The position numbers and the translations under genes were made by a program. Of a stretch of DNA of 39,986 bases, positions 28,910-38,739 are shown in pieces. The DNA is from Chlamydiia bacterium (lineage in GTDB: Bacteria > Chlamydiota > Chlamydiia > Chlamydiales > Parachlamydiaceae). The stretch's first letter is position 1; every line of letters starts with the position of its first letter. The notes below the pieces were generated by a model that saw nothing but the letters and a program-made list of their open reading frames with translations, ran no database searches and was not told the origin of the DNA. The stretch is from the NCBI GenBank assembly GCA_038257035.1, contig JBBSJT010000006.1:1-39986 (forward strand), in the 5' to 3' direction.

Positions 28910-30214
28910 TTAATTTTCCTGAACGCAACCGTAGGATTCAATGAATTCTTTGCCAAGTTTATGAAGGAGCGCCTGGTAAGTTATTGTATTTAAAGGATGA
29001 TCAATGAGTGGGCAGCCATCTTTCCAACTTCCAAGAAGAACCACATTACTGTCTTCATCACAGCAGCCATTATAAAAGCCAAAAGGGTCAAGGTATGAAA
29101 CCCCGTCTCTGACGCTGACATAATTCACGACACTATGTAAGCCGTCTTTATGAATCATAAAAGGAGACCCTATGGTGACAACGCGAACAAGTTTTTTTTC
29201 TTCCGGTGTAAGTAATGTTCTCGCATTCCACGTATCTGATGCCCCAATACTGTGTGCATAGTGAATGATGATGCCACCTGAATGAGTACCACCCATTTCT
29301 GCTATTAATTCTTTCCATTTATTTGCTAACAAAGAAGCTTGGGATGACAAAATTCCAAATCTATCAGGAACGCCATTAAGCAGATCATTTGCCCAACCGT
29401 TGGTCGGTCTGTAGATATAATGAACGTTCACACCACCATGAGTTCTTGAAATCGATTTAGCATTTTCCATGCAATCAAGGTTGCGATTTAAGATACCGTT
29501 GATGAAAGTTACCCTGACCTTATCATCTACTTCTCCAAAACCAAATACACCTGTTTCTAGTGGATGGTTGTAATAGCCTGTCAGTACTAAATAAAGTGAA
29601 CCAAAATAGCTTTCTGTAAGCTCTTGGATTGTTCCTAAATTTTGACCGTCTAAAAGTCCATTTAAGTACTGAAACATCTCATTTGCAGGGACGATATTAT
29701 CTTCAATTTTAGAGTTTAATTCTTCAACGTTAGAATAAACTTTTGTTTTAATAAGCTCGCCACTTTCATTATACAAATATCTTTCACACACGAGGGTATT
29801 GCCTTTGCCATCTTCCAAGTTCTTTCCAATCAACTTAGAATCCTCTATAAATGCAATTTCCTTATGGGAGAGTTTGCCCAAAGCATCATATTTTTCCATG
29901 ATCGATTGACCGTTTTCTGTTCTGTAAACGGTTTTGGCATCAAAAGCATCAGTAATTGTGATTGATTTAGCATCATAAGAAAACTTTCCTATCGAAATAG
30001 GATCTTCATTTTCAATAAGGCTAAATTGTTGCTTGATTAGACCTTCATATTCACCCGACTCATAATATTCATTCACAATATTGTCCGGTAGACATAAACT
30101 CTTTACTTCCATGTTGAGTACTTCAAAGGAATCCTCCATTTCAGAGGCAGAAACGTTCCAACGGGCAAAGAGAAGAAAAATATTAAATGAAATAATAACT
30201 AAAATAGTATTCAT
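28910..30214 (-). CDS. exported protein with YD/Rhs-like repeats and a C-terminal alpha/beta-hydrolase-like domain (DUF687-like)
   Basis: Signal peptide; YDAKS, YDALGKL and YLYNESGELIK YD-like motifs; RVTFINGILN...YAHSIGA nucleophile elbow...RDGV...DH. Confidence 0.65.
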   Translation of the reverse strand: MNTILVIISFNIFLLFARWNVSASEMEDSFEVLNMEVKSLCLPDNIVNEYYESGEYEGLIKQQFSLIENEDPISIGKFSYDAKSITITDAFDAKTVYRTENGQSIMEKYDALGKLSHKEIAFIEDSKLIGKNLEDGKGNTLVCERYLYNESGELIKTKVYSNVEELNSKIEDNIVPANEMFQYLNGLLDGQNLGTIQELTESYFGSLYLVLTGYYNHPLETGVFGFGEVDDKVRVTFINGILNRNLDCMENAKSISRTHGGVNVHYIYRPTNGWANDLLNGVPDRFGILSSQASLLANKWKELIAEMGGTHSGGIIIHYAHSIGASDTWNARTLLTPEEKKLVRVVTIGSPFMIHKDGLHSVVNYVSVRDGVSYLDPFGFYNGCCDEDSNVVLLGSWKDGCPLIDHPLNTITYQALLHKLGKEFIESYGCVQEN

Positions 30215-30341
30215 ATTAAACCTTATTTTAAAATTCAATAACCTTAAAATTTTTAAAGAATAAATCTTTAGAAATTTTTTTTTGTAAGGTGAGTTTAAAA
30301 TTTAACCCCAAAATGTAATATTAATGAAAATTGATATATCA

Positions 30342-31070
30342 TCAATTCATATGTGGATAATCGACATAAGTTGTCGCCTTTCTATGAGGTAGTTCAAGTA
30401 AATCTTCAATTTCTTGAAAATGCATTTCTTTCACATTAAATGAATTATTTAAAGCAATTTCGATTTTCTGTCTTAAAAAATCTTTCGATTCATAAAATTG
30501 GTTTAACCTGCACAAAAAATCCTTATGCTGCCGTTGTTCACGGTATTTTGGGGTTTTTTGTGGTAATTCCAAGTAATTCATTTGATCTGAATTATAATCA
30601 AATAAAAAAGAAGTATGATGTAAAAAGCGATCTTTACAGATATACTGGGCGTTGCCCCCGAATTTTTGATTACCAATGATGTAATCATTTTCCTTGAGTT
30701 TAAAATCAAAGTCGTAAAAAACGTCTTTGTAGATTTTTTCACTCCATTTGAAAATGCTTTGTGGATTGCAAAATGTTTGAAGTTCTTCAGCTTGGCAGAT
30801 AAATGTTGTAAAATAAGTCTCTTCGTTGATAAAGACTGTTCCTCCACCACTGAATCTACGAATAACCGGTACCGGGTTTTTCACGAATCTTTCTTCGTTG
30901 ATATGTTCTGTGGGGTTTCCCGATATTCCAAGTACTATGGCAGGAGTTGAATTGGTGTTTAATAAGCACCAATTGCGCTTATCTTTTCGAAGCAGTGCCT
31001 CTTCAATCTGAAGTTGTTTAAAAATAGGATATTGGTCAAGTTTTAGCAAATGAAGTGTTGGCTTCAGCAT
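30342..31070 (-). CDS. lplA: lipoate-protein ligase A family protein
   Basis: RRFSGGGTV, KFGGNAQ, HHTSFL, YREQRQHKDFL. Confidence 0.92.
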   Translation of the reverse strand: MLKPTLHLLKLDQYPIFKQLQIEEALLRKDKRNWCLLNTNSTPAIVLGISGNPTEHINEERFVKNPVPVIRRFSGGGTVFINEETYFTTFICQAEELQTFCNPQSIFKWSEKIYKDVFYDFDFKLKENDYIIGNQKFGGNAQYICKDRFLHHTSFLFDYNSDQMNYLELPQKTPKYREQRQHKDFLCRLNQFYESKDFLRQKIEIALNNSFNVKEMHFQEIEDLLELPHRKATTYVDYPHMN

Positions 31071-32893
31071 GAAACACGCATAAGTGCAATCATCAAAACT
31101 GAAATATCTGCAGGCGAGACACCGGAAAGCCTTGAGGCTTGTCCAAGGTTTAGAGGATTTGCCATAGATAATTTTTGACGGGCTTCAGTTCTTAAGCCTG
31201 TCACCAAACTAAAATCAAATTCTTTTGGAATTAAGATTTTTTCTACATGCGATAATCGGTTAACTTCCGCTTTTTGCCTTTCAATATACCCTTCGTATTT
31301 GCTGTTAATTTCAATTTGAAAATTGATTTCTTCGCCATGATTTATAAAATCATTTGGGTATTCTTCCATTAAGCCGGTATATGTGCTTTCAGGGCGGCAA
31401 AGAAGTTGAATAAGTGTTACACCCTTCCCATTAACCTGCTTAAACACTTTTTTGAGTCTTGTTTGCTCATCAAGAATTGTTTGTTCCTTTTTAAGGAATT
31501 TTTCAAAACGAGTTGAATCGATAAGGCCAAGCTCATAGCCTTTTCGCCTTAAGCGAAGATCCGCATTATCTTGACGTAAAATCAAGCGATGCTCTGCACG
31601 GCTTGTAAACATGCGGTAGGGCTCATCCAACGTTTTTGTAATCAAATCGTCAATCATTACGCCAATGTAGGCGTCAGAGCGCTTTAAAATAAATGGTTGT
31701 TTACCAAGGGCTTTATTTGCTGCATTAATACCCGCAATAAGGCCTTGAGCAGCCGCCTCTTCATACCCTGATGTTCCATTTATTTGTCCTGCTAAAAATA
31801 GACCTTCTATTTTTTTGCATTCCAATGAAGCATCGATTTGTCCACTGATGACATAGTCATATTCAATTGCGTAGGCAGGACGCATAATTTCAGCATTTCT
31901 TAAGGCCGGTATGCTATGAATAAAGGCAAATTGAACATCGAATGGCAAGGATGATGAAACACCATTCACATAGACTTCTTCGGTTGTTAAGCCTTCGGGT
32001 TCTAAGAATACCTGATGACGTTCTTTATCGCTAAATCTGACGATTTTATCTTCTATTGAAGGACAGTATCTTGGCCCAATTCCTTGGATTTTCCCCGAAT
32101 ACATAGGAGATCGATGGATATTGGCCTGAATAATTTCTTTAGTTTCTTGTGTCGTATAAGTGATGTGACAGCTTACTTGAGGCAGTTTTTTGATGCCTTC
32201 ATCGTCAAATGAAAATTTGACGTCATCTTCTCCGGGCTGCTCTTCTGTAAGACTATAATCAATAGATCTTTTATTGACTCGGGGAGGTGTTCCGGTTTTT
32301 AAACGGGCCAGTTTTAGCCCAAGTCTTTCAAGTGTTGCCGAAAGACCAACCGACGGTAAATCTCCTGCTCGTCCACCTGCGTAATTGGTTTCGCCAATAT
32401 GCAGTAGACCACGCATGAATGTACCCGAAGAAATAACTACATTTTTTGAATAGTAGATAATTCCTTCTTTAGTAACGACACCTTGGATTGTATCGTTTTC
32501 TACCAATAAATCTTCTGCAGTTCCTTGTTTTATTTCAAGGTTGGCTGTTTTTTCCAAACGATGTTTCATATCGATTTGGTACAGAGCTTTATCGGCCTGT
32601 GCACGCGGCGCCCACACGGCAGGACCGTTTGAGCGGTTAAGCATTCTAAATTGAATTCCCGTCGCATCAATTGCTTTGCCCATTTCTCCGCCCAAGGCAT
32701 CGATCTCGCGGACAATATGTCCTTTAGCGACACCACCAACGGCAGGGTTGCAGCTCATTTTTGCAATTGTGTCCAAATTCATTGTCAAAAGGAGGGTACG
32801 GACACCCATACGAGCAGACGCTAATGCAGCTTCGCAACCAGCGTGTCCTCCACCTAAGATAATGACGTCGTATGCGACAGGATATTTCCACAT
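31064..32893 (-). CDS. mnmG: tRNA uridine-5-carboxymethylaminomethyl modification enzyme MnmG/GidA
   Basis: GGGHAGCEAA, MSCNPAVGG, LKTGTPPR, GPRYCPSIEDK, AGQINGTSGYEEAAAQG, RMFTSRAEHRL. Confidence 0.98.
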   Translation of the reverse strand: MWKYPVAYDVIILGGGHAGCEAALASARMGVRTLLLTMNLDTIAKMSCNPAVGGVAKGHIVREIDALGGEMGKAIDATGIQFRMLNRSNGPAVWAPRAQADKALYQIDMKHRLEKTANLEIKQGTAEDLLVENDTIQGVVTKEGIIYYSKNVVISSGTFMRGLLHIGETNYAGGRAGDLPSVGLSATLERLGLKLARLKTGTPPRVNKRSIDYSLTEEQPGEDDVKFSFDDEGIKKLPQVSCHITYTTQETKEIIQANIHRSPMYSGKIQGIGPRYCPSIEDKIVRFSDKERHQVFLEPEGLTTEEVYVNGVSSSLPFDVQFAFIHSIPALRNAEIMRPAYAIEYDYVISGQIDASLECKKIEGLFLAGQINGTSGYEEAAAQGLIAGINAANKALGKQPFILKRSDAYIGVMIDDLITKTLDEPYRMFTSRAEHRLILRQDNADLRLRRKGYELGLIDSTRFEKFLKKEQTILDEQTRLKKVFKQVNGKGVTLIQLLCRPESTYTGLMEEYPNDFINHGEEINFQIEINSKYEGYIERQKAEVNRLSHVEKILIPKEFDFSLVTGLRTEARQKLSMANPLNLGQASRLSGVSPADISVLMIALMRVSC

Positions 32894-32913
32894 AATAATT
32901 AAGCTAAAAAGCC

Positions 32914-33003
32914 CTATTTCGTCTTATGACGGTTTAGTCTGCTTCTTTTTTTGCGTTTATGCTTTGCAATCTTATATTTTCTTTTTTTCTTTACAGATGA
33001 CAT
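32914..33003 (-). CDS. 29-aa basic AURKAIP1/COX24-domain protein (bS22/mS38-like small ribosomal protein)
   Basis: Manual translation MSSVKKKRKYKIAKHKRKKRSRLNRHKTK*; GGAG RBS; below the ORF-track size cutoff. Confidence 0.88.
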   Translation of the reverse strand: MSSVKKKRKYKIAKHKRKKRSRLNRHKTK

Positions 33004-33114
33004 GATCTCTCCGTTAAATTTATAAACATTAGGAAGCCAATCTTAGAATATTAGCCATAAAAAGTAAAGTGTCATTATTACTGAATGCAAAATTTTAAGC
33101 AGCATAGGGGAATT

Positions 33115-33317
33115 AAAGGACAAAAAGGAGAGAAAGGGTAGAAAGAGTAGAAAGGACAAAAAGGACAAAAAGGACAAAAAGGACAAATTAATTTTATAAT
33201 TATATCAATTAAGGTGCTTTACGTCAGAGTTAATGCCTATGTATTGCCAAGACGGTGGAAATGTCCTTTTAGTCCTTTAGGTCCTTTTTTTGTCCTTTAA
33301 GTCCTTTAAAATCCCTT
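33115..33317. repeat. inverted arrays of 9-bp units (AAAGGACAA)n / (GTCCTTTNN)n
   Basis: About 8 units at 33115-33187, mirrored by about 6 units at 33262-33317, around a 74-bp spacer. Confidence 0.85.
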
Positions 33318-33334
33318 CTTTTAGTTTTTTAGGT

Positions 33335-34789
33335 CTACCTTGGAGCAAATTCCCCAAATGCCTCGACATTCGCATCAAAACCCTTTGATTCCCCATTTTC
33401 ATAGCGAATAGGCGTGTAATTGACAAATTGTGCAATTTCTTTTCTAAATGTTAAATTAACACTTCCAATCGCGCCATGACGGTTTTTTGCAATAATTAAT
33501 TCGGCCATGCCGGGCTTATCCATCGCATCGTAATATTCACGTCTTAAAAGAAACATGACAAGGTCAGAATCCTGCTCAATACTTCCACTTTCCCTCAAAT
33601 CGCTCATCATGGGTCGATGCCCAACCCTTTCCTCAACTTTTCTTGAAAGCTGAGATAAGCATAATATTGGAATGTTGAGTTCGCGCGCCAAATTCTTTAA
33701 CATCCTTGAAATTTCTGATATCTCACTTTGTCTGTTTTCCTGATTGCGAAAGGATCCAGATCCTGAAATCAATTGCAAGTAATCAATCACTAAAAATCTT
33801 ATGCCATAGACTTCCTTCATACGGCGAGCCCTCGCCCTTAAGTCAGAAACTTTTAAACCTGCCTGATCGTCAATGACCATGACATGATTTTGCATTTGGC
33901 TTACAGCTGAAACAATACGCTGATATTCAATACCGTTTAAATTTCCGGTTTTAATTTTATCTGATTCAACTTCAGATTGAGAACAAATAATACGATGTAC
34001 AAGCTGTTCTGCACTCATTTCAAGAGAAAAAATTCCAACGGGAAGGTTTGCTTTAAAGCAAATATTTTCGGCCATATTCATGGCAAAGGCAGTTTTTCCC
34101 ATCGCAGGTCGTGCTGCCAAAATCATTAAGTTTGAATTGTTAAGACCATTGATCATTTTATCAAAATCAGTAAATGATGTTGAAATTCCGGTAATACCGG
34201 AATCTTGTGGCCCTTTTTCTAAAAATTTTTCTTGTCTTTCTTGAAGCTCTTTTAAAAAAGGAACTTTAGCTTCTGATTTAACCCCAGAAAAAATTTCGCT
34301 GATCAATACACCCGAATCTTTATTTGCAGATTGACCAATCTGGTAGAACATGGCTTGAGCTTCATCAAGCGATTCTAAAACATTTGGTGGATCTTCAATC
34401 GCCACTTTTTCAATTGTTTGAGCAGCACTTATCATTCTTCTTAAAATGGACTTATTGCGAATGATATCGCTGTACTCTTCAATATAAGCAGATGTTCCGG
34501 CATATTGAGCAAGAGTTGTAATATAGGCTACACCACCGACTGCTTTAAGCTTGTCCTGGCGCTTAAGCTCTTCACAAACTAGATGCACATCGGCCGGCTT
34601 TTCGCCCATGTAGGCCGCTTTTAGAACAAGAAAAATGATTTTATGTTCCGTAAAATAAAAATCGGAATCATTTAAACTATCAGCTGCTATATTTAATGCG
34701 TTGACACTTGTTAACATGCATCCCAAAACCATCATTTCTGATTCTTTTGAACTTGGGGCAACTCTTATTTTTGGATTGGTTTCTGACAT
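33335..34789 (-). CDS. dnaB: replicative DNA helicase
   Basis: AARPAMGKT, FSLEMSAEQL, IDYLQLI, LSQLSRKVE, SDLRESGSIEQDSD, IAKNRHG. Confidence 0.98.
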   Translation of the reverse strand: MSETNPKIRVAPSSKESEMMVLGCMLTSVNALNIAADSLNDSDFYFTEHKIIFLVLKAAYMGEKPADVHLVCEELKRQDKLKAVGGVAYITTLAQYAGTSAYIEEYSDIIRNKSILRRMISAAQTIEKVAIEDPPNVLESLDEAQAMFYQIGQSANKDSGVLISEIFSGVKSEAKVPFLKELQERQEKFLEKGPQDSGITGISTSFTDFDKMINGLNNSNLMILAARPAMGKTAFAMNMAENICFKANLPVGIFSLEMSAEQLVHRIICSQSEVESDKIKTGNLNGIEYQRIVSAVSQMQNHVMVIDDQAGLKVSDLRARARRMKEVYGIRFLVIDYLQLISGSGSFRNQENRQSEISEISRMLKNLARELNIPILCLSQLSRKVEERVGHRPMMSDLRESGSIEQDSDLVMFLLRREYYDAMDKPGMAELIIAKNRHGAIGSVNLTFRKEIAQFVNYTPIRYENGESKGFDANVEAFGEFAPR

Positions 34790-34951
34790 GGTCTTTCATT
34801 TTTTTAAGTTTTATTGAATAAGAAGAATACAGGTTTTTTTAAGAAAAGCCAAGTGGTTATTTCTTTTTTAAATTTGGAAACTCAACTTTACAAAGAAAGT
34901 AGATATTGCCATCAAAGCTACAATTTTTTGGAATATATTAAAAACTTTCTT

Positions 34952-35455
34952 TTACTCTATAGCCTGCTTGACGAGTTCAAAGGAGTAAGTTGTAAAAAAA
35001 GGAAGAAATAAATCGCAACTGTAATTTTTTTGGCTGGATGCGATAAATTTTTTTTCATCAAAATTAGGGTCGATAAGATGGTGATTAATGGGCTTTTTTA
35101 ACAAAATCCCAATCCCATATCTACTTTCAAGTTGTATGTTTACAATCTTATCAATTTCTGAAAAAGGGACCATTATTAGTGGTTTCCTTTTCCATGAAAA
35201 AATAAGATGATCTTCATTTAAAAGAATTTCATGAGGGTTTACTTCAAGTTGTTTAAGCTTCTGGTAGGGGTAAAGACCCAATGTAATAAATAAGAGAGAG
35301 ATTAAAATAATGAAGGGACCATAAATTTTTAGTGGTTCAACGGGAATGAAAGTGCCAAAAAAAAGGAGGATCAAAATTCCGATTCCCGCCAAAAAAGTGC
35401 CTCTAATCAAAGATGAATATAACAGAGTAGGTTTAATCGAAGAGCGTAATTTCAA
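34952..35455 (-). CDS. hypothetical membrane protein (2 TM + soluble domain)
   Basis: 167-aa ORF with two hydrophobic segments; TTG start uncertain. Confidence 0.7.
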   Translation of the reverse strand: MKLRSSIKPTLLYSSLIRGTFLAGIGILILLFFGTFIPVEPLKIYGPFIILISLLFITLGLYPYQKLKQLEVNPHEILLNEDHLIFSWKRKPLIMVPFSEIDKIVNIQLESRYGIGILLKKPINHHLIDPNFDEKKFIASSQKNYSCDLFLPFFTTYSFELVKQAIE

Positions 35456-35642
35456 AAAAATTCCTTTACAACATATTTTAAATTGATTGCATTAAAGAAT
35501 GCGCTTCCATAAAATGAAACTCATTTGCTGTTGCGAATAATCATTTTAGAAATATCTATATATTAGATCTATCTTTATTTAACTAGGATTTTGCAAAGTC
35601 CTAGTAAGCAACAGATTTATCAATTTATTTTTGGGGATAAAA

Positions 35643-36908
35643 ATGGGACAGGAAATTTATCTTGGTTTGATGGTATTGGTGTTTTGCCTTGGCTACATCA
35701 TGATCACATTTGAACACATTACACATATTAATAAGGCAACCATTGCCTTACTTATGGCGGTGATCTGTTGGGTTTTGGAATTTGGAAGTCAATATTTTAC
35801 TCAAACTGAAAATATTTCTTTATTATCGGAGCATTTGGGCGCTTTAAGTCAAATTATTTTCTTTTTGATCGGAGCATTGGCTATTGTTGAAATTATAGAT
35901 GCACATAATGGTTTTAAAGTGATCTCTGATAGGATCAATATTGAATCTAAGAAAAAAATGTTTTGGGTAACAGGTTTTCTAACCTTCTTTTTATCGTCCA
36001 TTCTAGATAATCTAACAACAACAATTGTGATGATTGCCTTCTTGCAGAAAATGATTGAAGAACGTGAAGATCGATTAATTTTTGGTGGGGGCGTTGTAAT
36101 TGCTGCAAACGCCGGCGGTGCATGGACTCCGATTGGCGATGTTACAACAACGATGCTTTGGATTGGAAATCAAATCACGACTTTTTCAATAATGAAAGAA
36201 ATTTTCATACCAAGCATGGTTTGCTTTTTAGTCTCTTTTTTTATTTTAAACTTTGCTCTTAAAGATGGCTCCATCAGAAAACTTAAAGCAGACGGTAGCA
36301 AAAAAGAACCATATGGTTCATTGATTTTTTATTTGGGAGTATCATTACTTATTTTTGTTCCTTTCTTTAAAGCCTTTACCGGACTTCCACCTTTTATGGG
36401 GATTTTATTTGGTTTGAGCATTCTTTGGTTAGTGACCGACATTTTACATAGTAGAAAGGGCCGAACACATTTAAGAATGCCACATACTTTAGCCCGAATT
36501 GATTTGTCAAGTGTCTTGTTTTTTCTTGGGATTTTGCTTTGTATCAACGCATTGGAATCTGCGGGCATTCTAACTCATTTAGCCGTATATTTAGATCAAA
36601 CCTTTGCCAGCACAACTTTTATTGCAATATTGATTGGTCTTGCATCTGCAGTTGTTGATAACGTTCCGCTCGTGGCAGCAACCATGGGAATGTATGAACT
36701 TACACAATATCCAACAGATTCGCCTTTTTGGTCTATGGTTGCTTTTTGCGCAGGAACAGGGGGTAGTATTTTGATTTTCGGATCTGCTGCAGGGGTTGTT
36801 TTTATGAGCCTTGAAAAGGTGGATTTTATGTGGTATTTGAGACGCGTCTCATTTGCGGCTTTGGCAGGTTTTTTTGCGGGTATCGGCGTTTACATCCTTT
36901 TTCAATAA
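35643..36908 (+). CDS. nhaD: Na+/H+ antiporter NhaD family
   Basis: LSSILDNLTTTI, AANAGGAWTPIGDVTTTMLW, SAVVDNVPLVA, GTGGSILIFGSAAGV. Confidence 0.93.
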   Translation: MGQEIYLGLMVLVFCLGYIMITFEHITHINKATIALLMAVICWVLEFGSQYFTQTENISLLSEHLGALSQIIFFLIGALAIVEIIDAHNGFKVISDRINIESKKKMFWVTGFLTFFLSSILDNLTTTIVMIAFLQKMIEEREDRLIFGGGVVIAANAGGAWTPIGDVTTTMLWIGNQITTFSIMKEIFIPSMVCFLVSFFILNFALKDGSIRKLKADGSKKEPYGSLIFYLGVSLLIFVPFFKAFTGLPPFMGILFGLSILWLVTDILHSRKGRTHLRMPHTLARIDLSSVLFFLGILLCINALESAGILTHLAVYLDQTFASTTFIAILIGLASAVVDNVPLVAATMGMYELTQYPTDSPFWSMVAFCAGTGGSILIFGSAAGVVFMSLEKVDFMWYLRRVSFAALAGFFAGIGVYILFQ

Positions 36909-36933
36909 CCAAGTTCCAATTTTTTTTAAAAGG

Positions 36934-36967
36934 TGAGTGAGGGTGAGGGTCTTAAAACCCTCACTCA
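36934..36967. terminator. hairpin after nhaD
   Basis: TGAGTGAGGGT ... ACCCTCACTCA 11-bp stem; no U-tract on the + strand. Confidence 0.45.
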
Positions 36968-37259
36968 GAAAATATGCTAAGTTATTAATATAATAATTTA
37001 GATAAACATTAAATTAAGCTAAGGATGAAAGAATAAAAAAAGATTACTTTAATTTATAATATTCTTCGAGGCAATGTCAAAGATTTTCAATCAGAGCTCT
37101 CTAGTGTTATGGGAAATCTATCCGCAGAGATAAAATAACTTCTTACAAACAATGTAATAATTTGTTTTTTAATTTGATGTAACGTTAAAATTAAATTGCT
37201 TTTTAAAGTTTATTAATCTATTATTTATTTTATATTAATAATTTGTTAAGAGGTTTTAA

Positions 37260-38663
37260 GTGGTTACATCAATAAATAATTCATGCTCAAAAATCGGTCG
37301 TTCTTTTATTGAAAGCGCTCTTCCAGTTGTTCTAGAGGTATCTTTAAGGGTACAGAAAACCGCTTTGGCAATTTTTGAGAGTTTAAAGCCTTACTTAGCA
37401 AGACCTTTTGAAATATTATCAGATATTTTTTGGCCTTATGAGACAATTGTTGAGGCTGAACCTGACAATCGAAGCTTTGTTGAACGCATTTTTGGAAATG
37501 CCCTTAATTACGCTGAAAATCAAGAAATGAACAAGCTCGAAATCGCAGAAGTTCAACCTGATATGGAAACCTACATTACAGCGCCTGTCACAGCCTTAAG
37601 TTTATTTTTAAATTACGCCTTTATTCCTTATTGCGCAGTGCAAAACTCAACAAATTCTTTCCTTGAAACTGCTGTAACGACCAATCAGGCTCAAGACTTC
37701 TTAAATTATAATTTATCTAGAGGATTAAATCATAATTTTCTAAAAGATAATGAGTTAATACGCGTTGGAGATGCCATTGATCAAAGCGTTTATCAAGGAC
37801 TTACACTAATTACAGCAAAAAGTATAGATCTTATAACTTTAGGAAAAGTTCATGGTCCACTTCATTTTACAGTGGCACTAGTTGCAGGCCTTCCTCCTGT
37901 GCAAAAATATGTATTAAGTTTGGAACCTGTTCAAGAATTAAATAAGTTCACTCATGAAAAACTAAATGATTTAAGAGAAACAGTTAAGAAGCCTATTGCT
38001 AAGAAATTTAAAGAGATGTTGATTAAAAAAAGTAAGGAATATGTTGTTCCTACATTAAACTACGCTGCAACCGGAATTAAAGACGCTTGTGAATTAGAAA
38101 ATATCGGTATTTTTGATAATTTTATCGGAAAAATGATTGGCACAGTAATAGAAGAAAAAGTCGAAGAGAGCCTTTCAATTCAAGTGAATAAAGCCTTGGA
38201 CAAAACAGCTAATAGAGCAGCTGATTTTGTGATCGATAGTTCAGTTGGATTAGGAAAGAAAGTGTTTAAGGTTTATTGTTTAAATAAAATGCTTGTAGCA
38301 TCTGCTACAAAAGTTCCCGTGCTTGGTGCTGTAAGCCTTGTGTTAGATGGAGGAAGAAAACAGACTTTGCGTGAACTTTCTTTAAGGGTGGCAGGATCTG
38401 CTATTTATTACTTTACAGGTTCAACATTTTATCCCCTTTTAATTATTCAAATCCCTGCTATGGTTGATACAATGATGGGATTGCGTAAAAGGCATATTAA
38501 GAAAATAGGTTTGGCTCAAGACCCGGCAATTGAAGTATTAGGTAGAATGGCTAACAATATGACTTCTTTAAAAGAACCGGCAATTGAAGCCATGGGTAAA
38601 ATGACTGAGAGTCTATTTTATTTCTTTGATTTAGTTTGTACTGAAATCAATCAATCCTGTTAA
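37260..38663 (+). CDS. hypothetical protein
   Basis: 467-aa ORF, GTG start with GAGG RBS; no family recognised. Confidence 0.75.
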   Translation: MVTSINNSCSKIGRSFIESALPVVLEVSLRVQKTALAIFESLKPYLARPFEILSDIFWPYETIVEAEPDNRSFVERIFGNALNYAENQEMNKLEIAEVQPDMETYITAPVTALSLFLNYAFIPYCAVQNSTNSFLETAVTTNQAQDFLNYNLSRGLNHNFLKDNELIRVGDAIDQSVYQGLTLITAKSIDLITLGKVHGPLHFTVALVAGLPPVQKYVLSLEPVQELNKFTHEKLNDLRETVKKPIAKKFKEMLIKKSKEYVVPTLNYAATGIKDACELENIGIFDNFIGKMIGTVIEEKVEESLSIQVNKALDKTANRAADFVIDSSVGLGKKVFKVYCLNKMLVASATKVPVLGAVSLVLDGGRKQTLRELSLRVAGSAIYYFTGSTFYPLLIIQIPAMVDTMMGLRKRHIKKIGLAQDPAIEVLGRMANNMTSLKEPAIEAMGKMTESLFYFFDLVCTEINQSC

Positions 38664-38739
38664 ATTACGCCGGTGATAATTAGGACAGAAAAATTAAAAA
38701 CTCTTGTAAACTTAAAAAAAAATGAAAGATATTATCAGT

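Noticed and set aside
32894..33334. oriC next to mnmG/gidA
   Set aside because: No TTATCCACA-type DnaA boxes seen; the gap is explained by the small gene and the 9-bp arrays.
33335..34789. intein or insertion in dnaB
   Set aside because: At 484 aa the length is normal; there is only a short linker extension and no intein motifs.
35531..35547. Fur/Zur-like AATAATCATTT shared by the znuA (2942) and nhaD upstream regions
   Set aside because: Only a half-site in very AT-rich DNA with no convincing dyad; likely chance.
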